NCBI GenBank assembly: GCA_963742235.1
Contig: CAVULT010000005.1
Span: 36,508-100,507 of the forward strand
Source: Candidatus Aminicenantes bacterium
Lineage (GTDB): Bacteria; Acidobacteriota; Aminicenantia; Aminicenantales; Saccharicenantaceae
Direction of reading: 5' to 3'
Length of the DNA stretch: 64,000 bases
The notes under the pieces were generated by a model. It saw only the letters and a program-made list of their open reading frames with translations, was not told the origin of the DNA and searched no databases. Shown here piece by piece: positions 32,021 to 43,018 of this stretch; the first letter of the stretch is position 1, and each line of letters opens with the position of its first letter. The position numbers and the translations under genes are program-made.

Positions 32021-32809
32021 ATGGCCGGCCGCGTCCGAGGCCCGTTCGTGGCGGGCAACTGGAAAATGAACCTGGGGCTCCGGGAAGCCTCGGATCTCGC
32101 CCGGAAGACAATCGAGGCGGGACCGGAGCTCGCCGATTGCGCCATCGTCCTCATCCCCCCTTTCACCTCGCTCGCCGTGGTCGCCGGCGTCATCGCCGGC
32201 TCGGCGGTGGCGCTCGGGGCCCAGGACCTTTTCTGGGAGGACCAGGGCGCCTACACTGGCGAGATCTCGGGTCCCATGCTCAAAAACGCGCGGTGCGCCT
32301 ACGTCCTCGTCGGCCACTCGGAGCGGCGCCAGCTCTTTGGCGAGACCGACGAAACCGTCAACCGCAAGATCCGGGCCGCGCTCCGATCCGGTCTCGACCC
32401 CATCGTCTGCGTCGGCGAGGTGCTGGCCGAGAGGGACGGCGGACAGACGCTCGACCGCATCGACGGCCAGCTGGCCAAGGGCCTGGCCGGCGTGTCGAAA
32501 GAGGACATGGCCCGCGTCGTCATCGCCTACGAGCCCGTCTGGGCGATCGGAACAGGGCGGACGGCCTCCCCCGCCCAGGCCGAGGAGGTCCACGCCCATA
32601 TCCGGGGGCGTCTGAGAGAGATCTATGGAATTGAAACGGCCGCTTGTGCTATAATCCTCTACGGCGGCTCCGTCAAGCCGGCCAATTCTTATCCGTTGTT
32701 CAGAGAAAAGAACATCGACGGATTTTTGGTCGGAGGAGCTTCACTCGACGCCGGCGGCTTCGTCGGCATCGCCCGGGAAGCCCTTCGAGCCTGCAGGGAA
32801 GAGAAGTGA
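32021..32809 (+). CDS. tpiA: Triose-phosphate isomerase
   Basis: The ATG directly abuts the pgk stop. Motifs AGNWKMN, GHSERR, AYEPVWAIGTG and GGSV. Confidence 0.95.
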   Translation: MAGRVRGPFVAGNWKMNLGLREASDLARKTIEAGPELADCAIVLIPPFTSLAVVAGVIAGSAVALGAQDLFWEDQGAYTGEISGPMLKNARCAYVLVGHSERRQLFGETDETVNRKIRAALRSGLDPIVCVGEVLAERDGGQTLDRIDGQLAKGLAGVSKEDMARVVIAYEPVWAIGTGRTASPAQAEEVHAHIRGRLREIYGIETAACAIILYGGSVKPANSYPLFREKNIDGFLVGGASLDAGGFVGIAREALRACREEK

Positions 32810-33195
32810 GCGCTTTAATCATCATCCTTCACATCGTCGTTTGCCTGATCCTGATCTTCGCCGTCCTGCTCCAGTCGGGCAAGGCGGCGGACTTGGCCGG
32901 AGCCTTCGGCGGCGGCGGCAGCCAGACGGCCTTCGGGTCCCGCGGCAACGCCACCCTGCTCACCAAGTTGACGACCGCGTCGGCCGTCCTGTTCATGCTG
33001 ACGTCACTCGGCCTGTGGATCATCTCTGGCCGCGGCACGACATCCGTCGTCGGCGGCGAGAAGGCCCCGGCCGCGGCGACCGTCCCCCAGGCCAAGCCCG
33101 GGGACAAGGCCGTGACGACCGTGCCGGCCGCCAAGCCTGAGCAGAAGACCGAAACGCAGAAGCCTCCCGTTCCGGCCCCGCCTGTGAAGAAATAG
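32806..33195 (+). CDS. secG: Preprotein translocase subunit SecG with a Pro/Ala/Lys-rich tail
   Basis: GTG 32806 overlaps the tpiA stop (GTGA). ILIFAVLLQSGKAADLAGAFGGGGSQTAFG is the SecG signature. A second TM follows. Confidence 0.8.
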   Translation: MSALIIILHIVVCLILIFAVLLQSGKAADLAGAFGGGGSQTAFGSRGNATLLTKLTTASAVLFMLTSLGLWIISGRGTTSVVGGEKAPAAATVPQAKPGDKAVTTVPAAKPEQKTETQKPPVPAPPVKK

Positions 33196-33207
33196 ATCCG
33201 TTTTTGT

Positions 33208-33291
33208 GCCGAAGTGGTGGAATTGGCAGACACGCTAGCTTGAGGGGTTAGTTCCCGCAAGGGATTGGGGGTTCGAGTCCCCCCTTCGGCA
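33208..33291 (+). tRNA. tRNA-Leu, anticodon GAG (long variable arm; CCA not encoded)
   Basis: Acceptor GCCGAAG/CTTCGGC. Anticodon stem CTAGC/GTTAG with loop TTGAGGG. Variable arm TTCCCGCAAGGGATTG. T arm GGGGG-TTCGAGT-CCCCC. Nearly collinear with E. coli leuU. Confidence 0.9.
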
Positions 33292-33453
33292 TACCCTTTT
33301 CCCCGAGAAATCCGGCCTGATGGCGGCGTCTGGAGCTGTCACGTCCTGCCTGGAATCAACAAAATCTCGGCCCTTTGAGTATGAATCGATAATCTATTTG
33401 AAGGCGTTTTAATGATTGAGTCCGGCTGAGTTGATGGCAGAGGGAGGCTAAGC

Positions 33454-34581
33454 ATGAGTACGCTCAGAATTCAATGTTCCATTTTGGGTCTCCTGATCTT
33501 GATTTCGCCGGTCCCCGCCCGAGCTCAGTCCCAACCCAAATGGGAGGGATCGACCATCCAAGAAGGCAACGTCACAGTCGTCAAGAATCCTTATGAGCCG
33601 ATCTTCAAGACGCCTGTCCTCGAGCTCGAAGAAGATCTTTCGCTGGGAGGCCCGCGCGCCGCAGGTGATTATGCTTTTGGGAGCATCCGTAATTTTGTCG
33701 TCGACGAAAAGGGATCCATCTACGTTCTCGATGATAAGAACACCCGCGTCCAGGTTTTCGATGCCTCGGGCAAGTATGTCCGGACGATCGGCCGAAAAGG
33801 CCAAGGCCCCGGCGATCTTGACTCTCCACTCTCCCTGTCCTTGAACCGGACCTCGGACGAACTCCTGGTCCTTCAGGGGATCCGCCGGTTGTCATTCTTC
33901 AGAACGGATGGATCCTTTATACGACAGCTGAACATCGATAACTCCATTCGCGCGCAGCTCGATTCGCGGGGACAGATCTATCTGCTCGAACAATCCCGCT
34001 CGCAGGAAGGTACGTGGTCCTTCAATGTCAGGAAGCTCAGCATGTTCGGCACGGATCTCGGCGTGGTCGCCAGCGCGCCCGGCCAGGGTTATACGGGCAA
34101 GATCAATCCATTCTTCCCGTATAGCTATTTTCAGATCGATCGATCCGACAATCTCATCTATGGAGACTCAAGATCCTACGAAATCCTGTTCTTCGAGCCG
34201 TCTGAGGGAAAGCTGTTCAAGAAGATCACGCGGCAGTGCTCCGCTATTCCCGTAACAGAAGAGGACAGACAAAGGGAATTGAAGAATACGCCCCCGGAAG
34301 CCCGATCTTATATTGATATCGTGTTCCCCAGGTACCATCCCGTATTTTCCGGATTCTTTCTCAGTGACGTCGGACATCTATTTGTACGGACCAAAGAAAG
34401 AACCAGGGATGGGCTTGACATTTATGATGTCTTCGACGCGCAGGGACGCTATGCGAGCCGCATAGCGCTCAAGCCCCTGGGGATAACGATCCTCAAGGAT
34501 CGATACTACGCCCTTGAGCAAGACGAGGACGGCTTCCAATATGTCAAACGCTACAAGATCATCTGGAAAGACAGATCATAG
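33454..34581 (+). CDS. Secreted 6-bladed beta-propeller (NHL-like) protein, in a visibly lower-G+C segment
   Basis: Signal peptide. Repeated blade motifs (IYVLDDKNTRVQVFDASGKYVRTIGRKGQGPGDL, IYLLE, LIYGD, LFVRT). Codon usage is clearly more AT-rich than in neighbouring genes. Confidence 0.7.
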   Translation: MSTLRIQCSILGLLILISPVPARAQSQPKWEGSTIQEGNVTVVKNPYEPIFKTPVLELEEDLSLGGPRAAGDYAFGSIRNFVVDEKGSIYVLDDKNTRVQVFDASGKYVRTIGRKGQGPGDLDSPLSLSLNRTSDELLVLQGIRRLSFFRTDGSFIRQLNIDNSIRAQLDSRGQIYLLEQSRSQEGTWSFNVRKLSMFGTDLGVVASAPGQGYTGKINPFFPYSYFQIDRSDNLIYGDSRSYEILFFEPSEGKLFKKITRQCSAIPVTEEDRQRELKNTPPEARSYIDIVFPRYHPVFSGFFLSDVGHLFVRTKERTRDGLDIYDVFDAQGRYASRIALKPLGITILKDRYYALEQDEDGFQYVKRYKIIWKDRS

Positions 34582-34612
34582 CTCTTTCCGGCCTCACTTC
34601 GTTCGCTCCGAG

Positions 34613-35053
34613 TTAGGTCCGGCTGGCGGCCCAGAGAGCGAAGCTGCTCTCGTCCATGGCGCCCACGGACCGTCCCCGCTCCGCGCCTTTGTGGACGATG
34701 ACGAAGGTCGGCACCCCCTTGACGCCGAACTCCATGGCCAGCTCCTGGTTCGTCTCCACGTTGATCCGGATGACGGCGACCTCGCCCGCCCGCCGGACGG
34801 CCAGTCGCTCGAGGATGGGGTGCATCATGTGGCAGGGGCCGCAGGTCGGCGAATAGAAGTCCGCCAGCACCGGCAGGGTCGAGTTGTGAAAAAGATTGAG
34901 GATGCCCTCCGGGCCGGGCTCGAGGATCTGGCCCGGTTCCGGCAGCGGCGACTTGCACCGGCCGCAGAGAACCTTCTTGCCGCGCGCGGCCAGGGGAAAA
35001 TTGTTCGTCGTGCCGCACGTGCCGCAGCTGACTTTCGCCGTATCTTCGGTCAT
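34613..35053 (-). CDS. trxC: Thioredoxin 2 type (N-terminal zinc finger + thioredoxin fold)
   Basis: CGTCG...CGRC zinc-binding pairs, then the active site [10 protein letters not shown]. Confidence 0.85.
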   Translation of the reverse strand: MTEDTAKVSCGTCGTTNNFPLAARGKKVLCGRCKSPLPEPGQILEPGPEGILNLFHNSTLPVLADFYSPTCGPCHMMHPILERLAVRRAGEVAVIRINVETNQELAMEFGVKGVPTFVIVHKGAERGRSVGAMDESSFALWAASRT

Positions 35054-35087
35054 GTCTCCTCCTGGCCTCCGGCCCGCCGCCGCCCGG

Positions 35088-38387
<3,300 letters not shown>

Positions 38388-38396
38388 GGGACCTCC

Positions 38397-39191
38397 TCAG
38401 CGACCCCGCGGGGTCGGTTCTTTCGGTTTCGTTTCGATGAGCAGCGCCTTCCTCCGGGCTTCCGGAAAGCGTTCGATGGCGTAGCGGACGGTCGTCCGGG
38501 GCATGGACGGCCCGCGGGCGAGAAGGAATCGCTCCAGCCGGGCGGCATCGGCCTTGCCCGCCTCGCGGAGGAGCCAGCCGTTGGCCTTGTGGATGAGATC
38601 GTCGTCGACGTCGAAGACCGAGGCCGAGATCTCATAGACGGCCGGAAGGAATTCCGCTTTGCGGGCCAGCTTGATGAAGGACACGAGCGAGGCCCGCTTG
38701 ACCCAGCGGTTCGGGTGATGGGCCCAGGGCTTGATCTTCTCGACGAAAGCCGGGCGGCTTTCGAGGAAAGCGCCCAGGGAATCGGTGCAGAAGACGTCGA
38801 CCGAGGCCCAGTTCGCCAGCCGGTCGGACTCAAGCCAAGCCTTGGCCTTGGCAAAAAGGGACTGGGGGAAGGTCTTTTTGAAGCGGCTCAGGATGAGCGC
38901 CGCGGTCGCCTTGGCTTCGAGCTCCGGGTCGGCAAAGAGGATATCACAGAGCGCGATGGCGTCCTCCGCGGTCCAGCCGTCACGGACACGACCGTAAAGG
39001 GCCGAAGCCAGGGCGTGGATCTCCGGGGCGGCCACGCCGTAGCACTTGACGGTCTCTTTGAAGTATCGCTCGGCGCCACGAGCCCACGCCCGGTCGGCTT
39101 TGGCGGAAAGAGCCCGCCGAACCTCCCCGGCGACGGTCTGCGGACTGACCCTGCGTCCCGTCACGGTCCGTACGGCCTTTCCCTTCGCCAT
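38397..39191 (-). CDS. DNA alkylation repair protein (AlkC/AlkD-like HEAT-repeat family)
   Basis: Family pattern (AERYFKE...YGV..PE...WVKRASLVSF...LIHKANGWLLRE). Confidence 0.8.
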   Translation of the reverse strand: MAKGKAVRTVTGRRVSPQTVAGEVRRALSAKADRAWARGAERYFKETVKCYGVAAPEIHALASALYGRVRDGWTAEDAIALCDILFADPELEAKATAALILSRFKKTFPQSLFAKAKAWLESDRLANWASVDVFCTDSLGAFLESRPAFVEKIKPWAHHPNRWVKRASLVSFIKLARKAEFLPAVYEISASVFDVDDDLIHKANGWLLREAGKADAARLERFLLARGPSMPRTTVRYAIERFPEARRKALLIETKPKEPTPRGR

Positions 39192-39237
39192 CGTGGCCCA
39201 ATTTTATGCCGTCCCAGGGGAAAAATCAATCAAAGAG

Positions 39238-39355
39238 GGGGTCAAACCTACGGCAGGGAGCGGATTCCGAGGAGCGACCGTCAGAAGTGCGGCGGAGCTG
39301 CTCGGAGCCGCGCTTCTGGGAAATATCTGAATGGAGGGGACTTCGGTTTGACCCC
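39238..39355. repeat. Perfect 11-bp inverted repeat (GGGGTCAAACC ... GGTTTGACCCC) enclosing 96 nt of non-coding DNA
   Basis: Arms at 39238-39248 and 39345-39355, in the gap between the hemW stop and the AlkD-like start. Confidence 0.4.
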
Positions 39356-39358
39356 TTC

Positions 39359-40516
39359 TTAGATGAACCGGGACAGGATGGCGTTGGAGACGAGGAGCTT
39401 GTCGGCAGGGATCCAGAGCCGGGCGCCGGCCTGGACGAGCAAACCTTCGGAGGCGAGCTCGTCGATCTCCCGCGCGTACAGGGCGCAGACATTGACGCCC
39501 GTGCGCTCCTCGAGCTCGGCCACGTCGATGCCGCGGACGAGCCTCAGCCCGAAGACCAGGGCCTCGCGGGCGGCGAGCGCCGGCGTGAGCTCGACGGTCT
39601 CTTCAGCGGCCGGCTGTCCCCGCTCGACGGCCTCGGCCCAGGACTGGCACGAGGCCTTGTTGCACCAGCGTTTGAGGGCGATGTGGGAGCAGGCCGACGG
39701 GCCCAGGCCGAGGTACGGCTCGTAGCGCCAATACTTGAGATTGTGGCGGCACTCCTTGCCCGGCCGGGCGAAATTCGAGATCTCGTATTGAAGGAGCCCC
39801 GAGGCCTCGAGGGCAGCCCTCACCCTCAGGTAGTGATCGACGGCGGCGTCCTCATCGACCGGCCGGCGGGCCAGGACTTTGGCGAACGGCAGCCCTTCAA
39901 CGTTCTCCAGGAAATAGACGGAAACGTGGTCCGGCGCGAGATCGAGAACGGCTTCCAGGGTCCGGCCGACGGACTCAGGAGTCTCTCCGGGAACCCCGAT
40001 CATGAGATCCACGGCCAGGGCATCGAAACCGGTCCGCCGGGCCATCCGGCAAAAATCGAGCGCGCCGGCCGCCGAGTACCGCCGCCCGAGCGTGCGCAGA
40101 ATGCCGTCGTCGAACGACTGGACGCCGACGCTCAGGCGGCTGACGCCGGCCTCATGCCATCCCCGGAGGAATCCCCGCCTCTCGTCGCCGGGATTGGCCT
40201 CGAGAGTGAATTCCGCGATCTCCATGGAAAAGCGGTCCAGGGCGAGGCGGCGGATGGCGGCCACGTCGTCAGGCACGAGAAGGGACGGCGTTCCTCCGCC
40301 GATGTAGACCGTGTCGAACCCGAGGTCGCAGGCCGAGGCCGCCGCCGCTTCCTTCTCGAGCCCCTCGCGCCAGGCCCTTGCCCCGGCGATCGTCCAAGGG
40401 ACGCTGTAGAAATGACAATAAGGGCACTTGGCTTCGCAGAACGGATAATGGATATAGAGCCCGGCGTACGGGGATCCCCCCGGCGGGCGTCCCGAGGACC
40501 CTGCCGGTTCCCTCAG
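39359..40516 (-). CDS. hemW: Radical SAM heme chaperone HemW (coproporphyrinogen III oxidase-like), no canonical start codon
   Basis: The radical SAM motif LYIHYPFCEAKCPYCHF lies upstream of the track ORF start (GTG 40276), in the same open frame. Between the in-frame stop (40520-40522) and that motif there is no ATG, GTG or TTG. The only candidate is CTG 40516-40514, which overlaps the upstream gene stop (CTGA). Confidence 0.8.
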   Translation of the reverse strand: MREPAGSSGRPPGGSPYAGLYIHYPFCEAKCPYCHFYSVPWTIAGARAWREGLEKEAAAASACDLGFDTVYIGGGTPSLLVPDDVAAIRRLALDRFSMEIAEFTLEANPGDERRGFLRGWHEAGVSRLSVGVQSFDDGILRTLGRRYSAAGALDFCRMARRTGFDALAVDLMIGVPGETPESVGRTLEAVLDLAPDHVSVYFLENVEGLPFAKVLARRPVDEDAAVDHYLRVRAALEASGLLQYEISNFARPGKECRHNLKYWRYEPYLGLGPSACSHIALKRWCNKASCQSWAEAVERGQPAAEETVELTPALAAREALVFGLRLVRGIDVAELEERTGVNVCALYAREIDELASEGLLVQAGARLWIPADKLLVSNAILSRFI

Positions 40517-40980
40517 GTTCTATCCTCGTAGCCGACGGCTGCGTGATAGATGGCCCGGTCGAAGAATACGAGCACCCTGTGCTGGAGATCCATGGCCTGG
40601 TAGAGGTCCAGGGCGGTGTCCAGAAGTCCGGCCGCCTGGATCTTGCTCCAGAGGAGACGACGGATGTGGAAGAGCGACAACACAATCTCCGAGAACGGGA
40701 AACCCTCGCGCCGGCGCTGGCGGCCCAGGGCCGTCCAATAGCTCCGCACATCCTCCTTGGTCGTCTCGTGGGAAATCCATTTGCCGAGCTGGCTGTAGAC
40801 GCGGAAGGCCCTCTTGTAGATCTCTTTCTGGTCGAAGCCCTGATAGCTGGGCATCCGCGGGTCGCGGCGGATGTCTTCGACGTAGCTGGTGGTCAGCTCG
40901 TCGGCGTTGCGCTCGATGAGGTCGACAAGCTTCCGGGAAGCGGTGGTCTCGAAAAAAACGTCCTCACCCGAATCCAGCAC
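40513..40980 (-). CDS. Stand-alone globin-like sensor domain protein (RsbRD N-terminal domain-like); tentative
   Basis: 155-aa all-helical protein. ASRKLVDLIERNADELTTSYVEDIRRDP... resembles the RsbRD_N family pattern. Assignment is from memory of the family and has not been searched. Confidence 0.5.
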   Translation of the reverse strand: MLDSGEDVFFETTASRKLVDLIERNADELTTSYVEDIRRDPRMPSYQGFDQKEIYKRAFRVYSQLGKWISHETTKEDVRSYWTALGRQRRREGFPFSEIVLSLFHIRRLLWSKIQAAGLLDTALDLYQAMDLQHRVLVFFDRAIYHAAVGYEDRT

Positions 40981-41094
40981 GATGACCCCTACCTCTGCTC
41001 AATGAATTAGCACGGCGAGGGAGCCTTGTCAACAAAAACCCCGTTCCGCAAGCGAACGGGGTTCGAAGACTTCAGGCCGGGACGAATTCCCGGG

Positions 41095-41775
41095 TCACTT
41101 CTTCTTCATCGGGCAATCGGCGCAACAGGCCGATTCGGACATCTTGTCGGCGCCCATGGCCGCCGGCGCCTTGGCCGGGGCCTCCATCATCTTCTTCATC
41201 ATGGCCATGTGCTCGGCCATATGGACCTGGATGGCCTTGACGACCTCGGGGTCCTTCGAGGTGACCTTGAGGACGGCCCCATCTTTGGTATCTTCGACGG
41301 CCATCTCGATCTTATCGCCGTACAACATGAAGAGCTGGCCCATGCCGGGGGCCATCATGCCGCGGCCCGGCATGCCCATGCGGCCCTGCTTCATGCCCAT
41401 CTGACCCATCCCGCCGCCCATCATCGGGCAGCCGGCCATCCCTTGGTGCTTCATCATGCCCATCTGGCCGCCCATCTGCCCCATCTGCCCCATCTGGCCC
41501 ATTTGGCCCATCTGGCCTTTCTCGGCGCCCGCCTTGGCCTGGGCCTGGAGATACTTCTCGGGTTCCTTGGCGAAGGCGTCTTTGCAGCCTGTGTTGCAGA
41601 AGTAATAGGTCGTCCCCTTGTAGTCGAAGGTCGCCTTGGCGTTGGCCTTGACGACGGTCATGCCGCAGACCGGATCGACGGCGGTGTCGGCGCTTTTCTG
41701 CTGGGCCACGACGCCGACGACGAGGATGAAGGCCAGAGCGGCCATGAGGACGATCGAACGGATATTCTTGTTCAT
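41095..41775 (-). CDS. Membrane-anchored YHS/TRASH-domain protein with a Met/Gly/Gln-rich repeat and a C-terminal CCxxC motif (putative Cu/Ag-binding)
   Basis: RBS AAAGGAGG. Signal/anchor helix. YHS motif DPVCGMTV...YYFCNTGCKDAF. The tract GQMGQMGQMGQMGQMGGQMGMM...GMGQMGMKQGRMGMPGRGMMAPGMGQ follows. The C-terminus is ACCADCPMKKK. By my count about one residue in seven is Met. Confidence 0.8.
   Translation of the reverse strand: MNKNIRSIVLMAALAFILVVGVVAQQKSADTAVDPVCGMTVVKANAKATFDYKGTTYYFCNTGCKDAFAKEPEKYLQAQAKAGAEKGQMGQMGQMGQMGQMGGQMGMMKHQGMAGCPMMGGGMGQMGMKQGRMGMPGRGMMAPGMGQLFMLYGDKIEMAVEDTKDGAVLKVTSKDPEVVKAIQVHMAEHMAMMKKMMEAPAKAPAAMGADKMSESACCADCPMKKK
41458..41517 (-). repeat. In-frame tandem 9-bp repeat (GGCCAGATG and variants) encoding (GQM)n
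   Basis: The plus strand reads CATCTGGCC / CATCTGCCC units about six times in a row, inside the YHS gene. Confidence 0.7.
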
Positions 41776-41845
41776 TCCGAGCCTCCTTTTAGACTTCTTC
41801 CATTGTATAGGAAGGCCCGGAAGATGGCAATGGCTTGGGAGGCGT

Positions 41846-43009
41846 CTATTTTCCCTTGATGATGGCGATGATGGCGTCCAGGGCCCGAGGGTCGTCGGAT
41901 TCGCCCAGCCAGAAAACGGCCTTCTTGCGAATGCGCGCGTCGGGATGCGTCTTGGCCAGCTTGATCAGGGCGTCGAGGCCCCCGTTTTCCGGGAGCTCAG
42001 ACAGGGCGAAGAGCGCGTGTTCCTGGACTTCGAGGTCGCCGTCCTTGCGGGCGACCTCCTCCAGGAACTTGCCGGATTTCTCCGAGGCCTGCTGGCCGAG
42101 CCAGAACACGGCCTGCTTCCGGACGTCCCGCCTGTCCGCGTCCCGGGCGAGAGAGATCAGCTCGTCGACGGCGCCGGGAAGCTCGACCTGGCTGATGCCG
42201 AAAACGGCCCCCTCGCGGACCTCTTCCGACCGGTCGGCGCGGGCCGTCCTGACCAGAAGGCGCAGGCCGTCGGCGGCGTTCTGTTGGCCGATCCAGAAAG
42301 TCGCGTCCTTGCGCAGCCCGTCGGCGCCGTCACCGGCCAGGATCCCCTCGAGGAAGGGCAGAACGAGCTTCGGCGAGCCGTGACAGCCGGCGGCCGCGAT
42401 CAGGTTCTCGCGGACCTTATCGCCGCGATTACGGCCGTAAAGGCCCTCGACCAACGCCAGGCTCTGGTCCTCGGGCGCCTTGCCGAGCCAGAAGAGCGGC
42501 TCGCCCTCGAAATCGAAGCCCAGATCGAGGTTGCTCATCCTGACCTCGGACAGAACCGGCGAGCCGCCCGGCCCATACTCGAGAAAGAAGCCGAGCTCCT
42601 TGAGGACCATCTTCTCCGGCTGTCCTTTGCGCTCGAGCCTGTCGAGCGCGGCCTTGGCCGAATCGCGCAGATCGCCGGGAGTGTCTTCGGGCCCGGCCGG
42701 GCCCGTTTTGCCGGCCAGGATGGCGCGGATGGCGACGTCCCGGCCCGCCCGGCCGGAGTTATAGGAGCCGATATGGGAGTTCTCCTCCATCAGCCTGTCG
42801 ATGGCATAGCCGACCCAGAAGGCCCGACCCGGCGCGGACTTGGCCGCCTCGGCCAGGGCCCGGTCGAGCTTCGCCGCCAGGGGTCCCGACTCCGCCGACC
42901 TGTCGAAAACCTGGGCGGGCGGCCGATTGCGGTCCGCCCCGGAGAGTGAGAGAAGGCCGGCGGCGGCCACGGCCAGGGAAACGGCCACTCGGAGCTTGTG
43001 CCTGATCAT
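41846..43009 (-). CDS. Secreted HEAT-repeat protein
   Basis: Signal peptide. The C-terminal half has repeated HEAT units (VREGAVFGISQ, VRKQAVFWLGQ, VQEHALFALSE, IRKKAVFWLGE). Confidence 0.7.
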   Translation of the reverse strand: MIRHKLRVAVSLAVAAAGLLSLSGADRNRPPAQVFDRSAESGPLAAKLDRALAEAAKSAPGRAFWVGYAIDRLMEENSHIGSYNSGRAGRDVAIRAILAGKTGPAGPEDTPGDLRDSAKAALDRLERKGQPEKMVLKELGFFLEYGPGGSPVLSEVRMSNLDLGFDFEGEPLFWLGKAPEDQSLALVEGLYGRNRGDKVRENLIAAAGCHGSPKLVLPFLEGILAGDGADGLRKDATFWIGQQNAADGLRLLVRTARADRSEEVREGAVFGISQVELPGAVDELISLARDADRRDVRKQAVFWLGQQASEKSGKFLEEVARKDGDLEVQEHALFALSELPENGGLDALIKLAKTHPDARIRKKAVFWLGESDDPRALDAIIAIIKGK

Positions 43010-43018
43010 CTCTCCACC

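Noticed and set aside
30841-32634. 597-aa ORF that looks like a Pgk fusion protein
   Set aside because: Only the first roughly 213 aa are Pgk. After about 31483 the frame reads Arg/Gly/Pro-rich nonsense across the rest of pgk and tpiA, while the Pgk C-terminus and TpiA are readable in other frames. I interpret it as read-through caused by the frameshift.
33292-33453. Integrase gene, att repeat or other mobility signature next to tRNA-Leu
   Set aside because: There is no ORF with integrase motifs in either flank. I could not find a copy of the tRNA 3' end downstream of the propeller gene. Only the composition shift remains, and it is reported as a finding.
39643-39661. TGGCAC followed by TTGT/TTGC nearby on the plus strand
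   Set aside because: The spacing to the GC dinucleotide is off by one or more bases. The site is inside hemW on the antisense strand, with no gene downstream.
41458-41517. Tandem 9-bp repeat considered as a non-coding repeat array or CRISPR-like feature
   Set aside because: The units are contiguous with no spacers. They are in frame and translate to (GQM)n inside a clearly coding gene.
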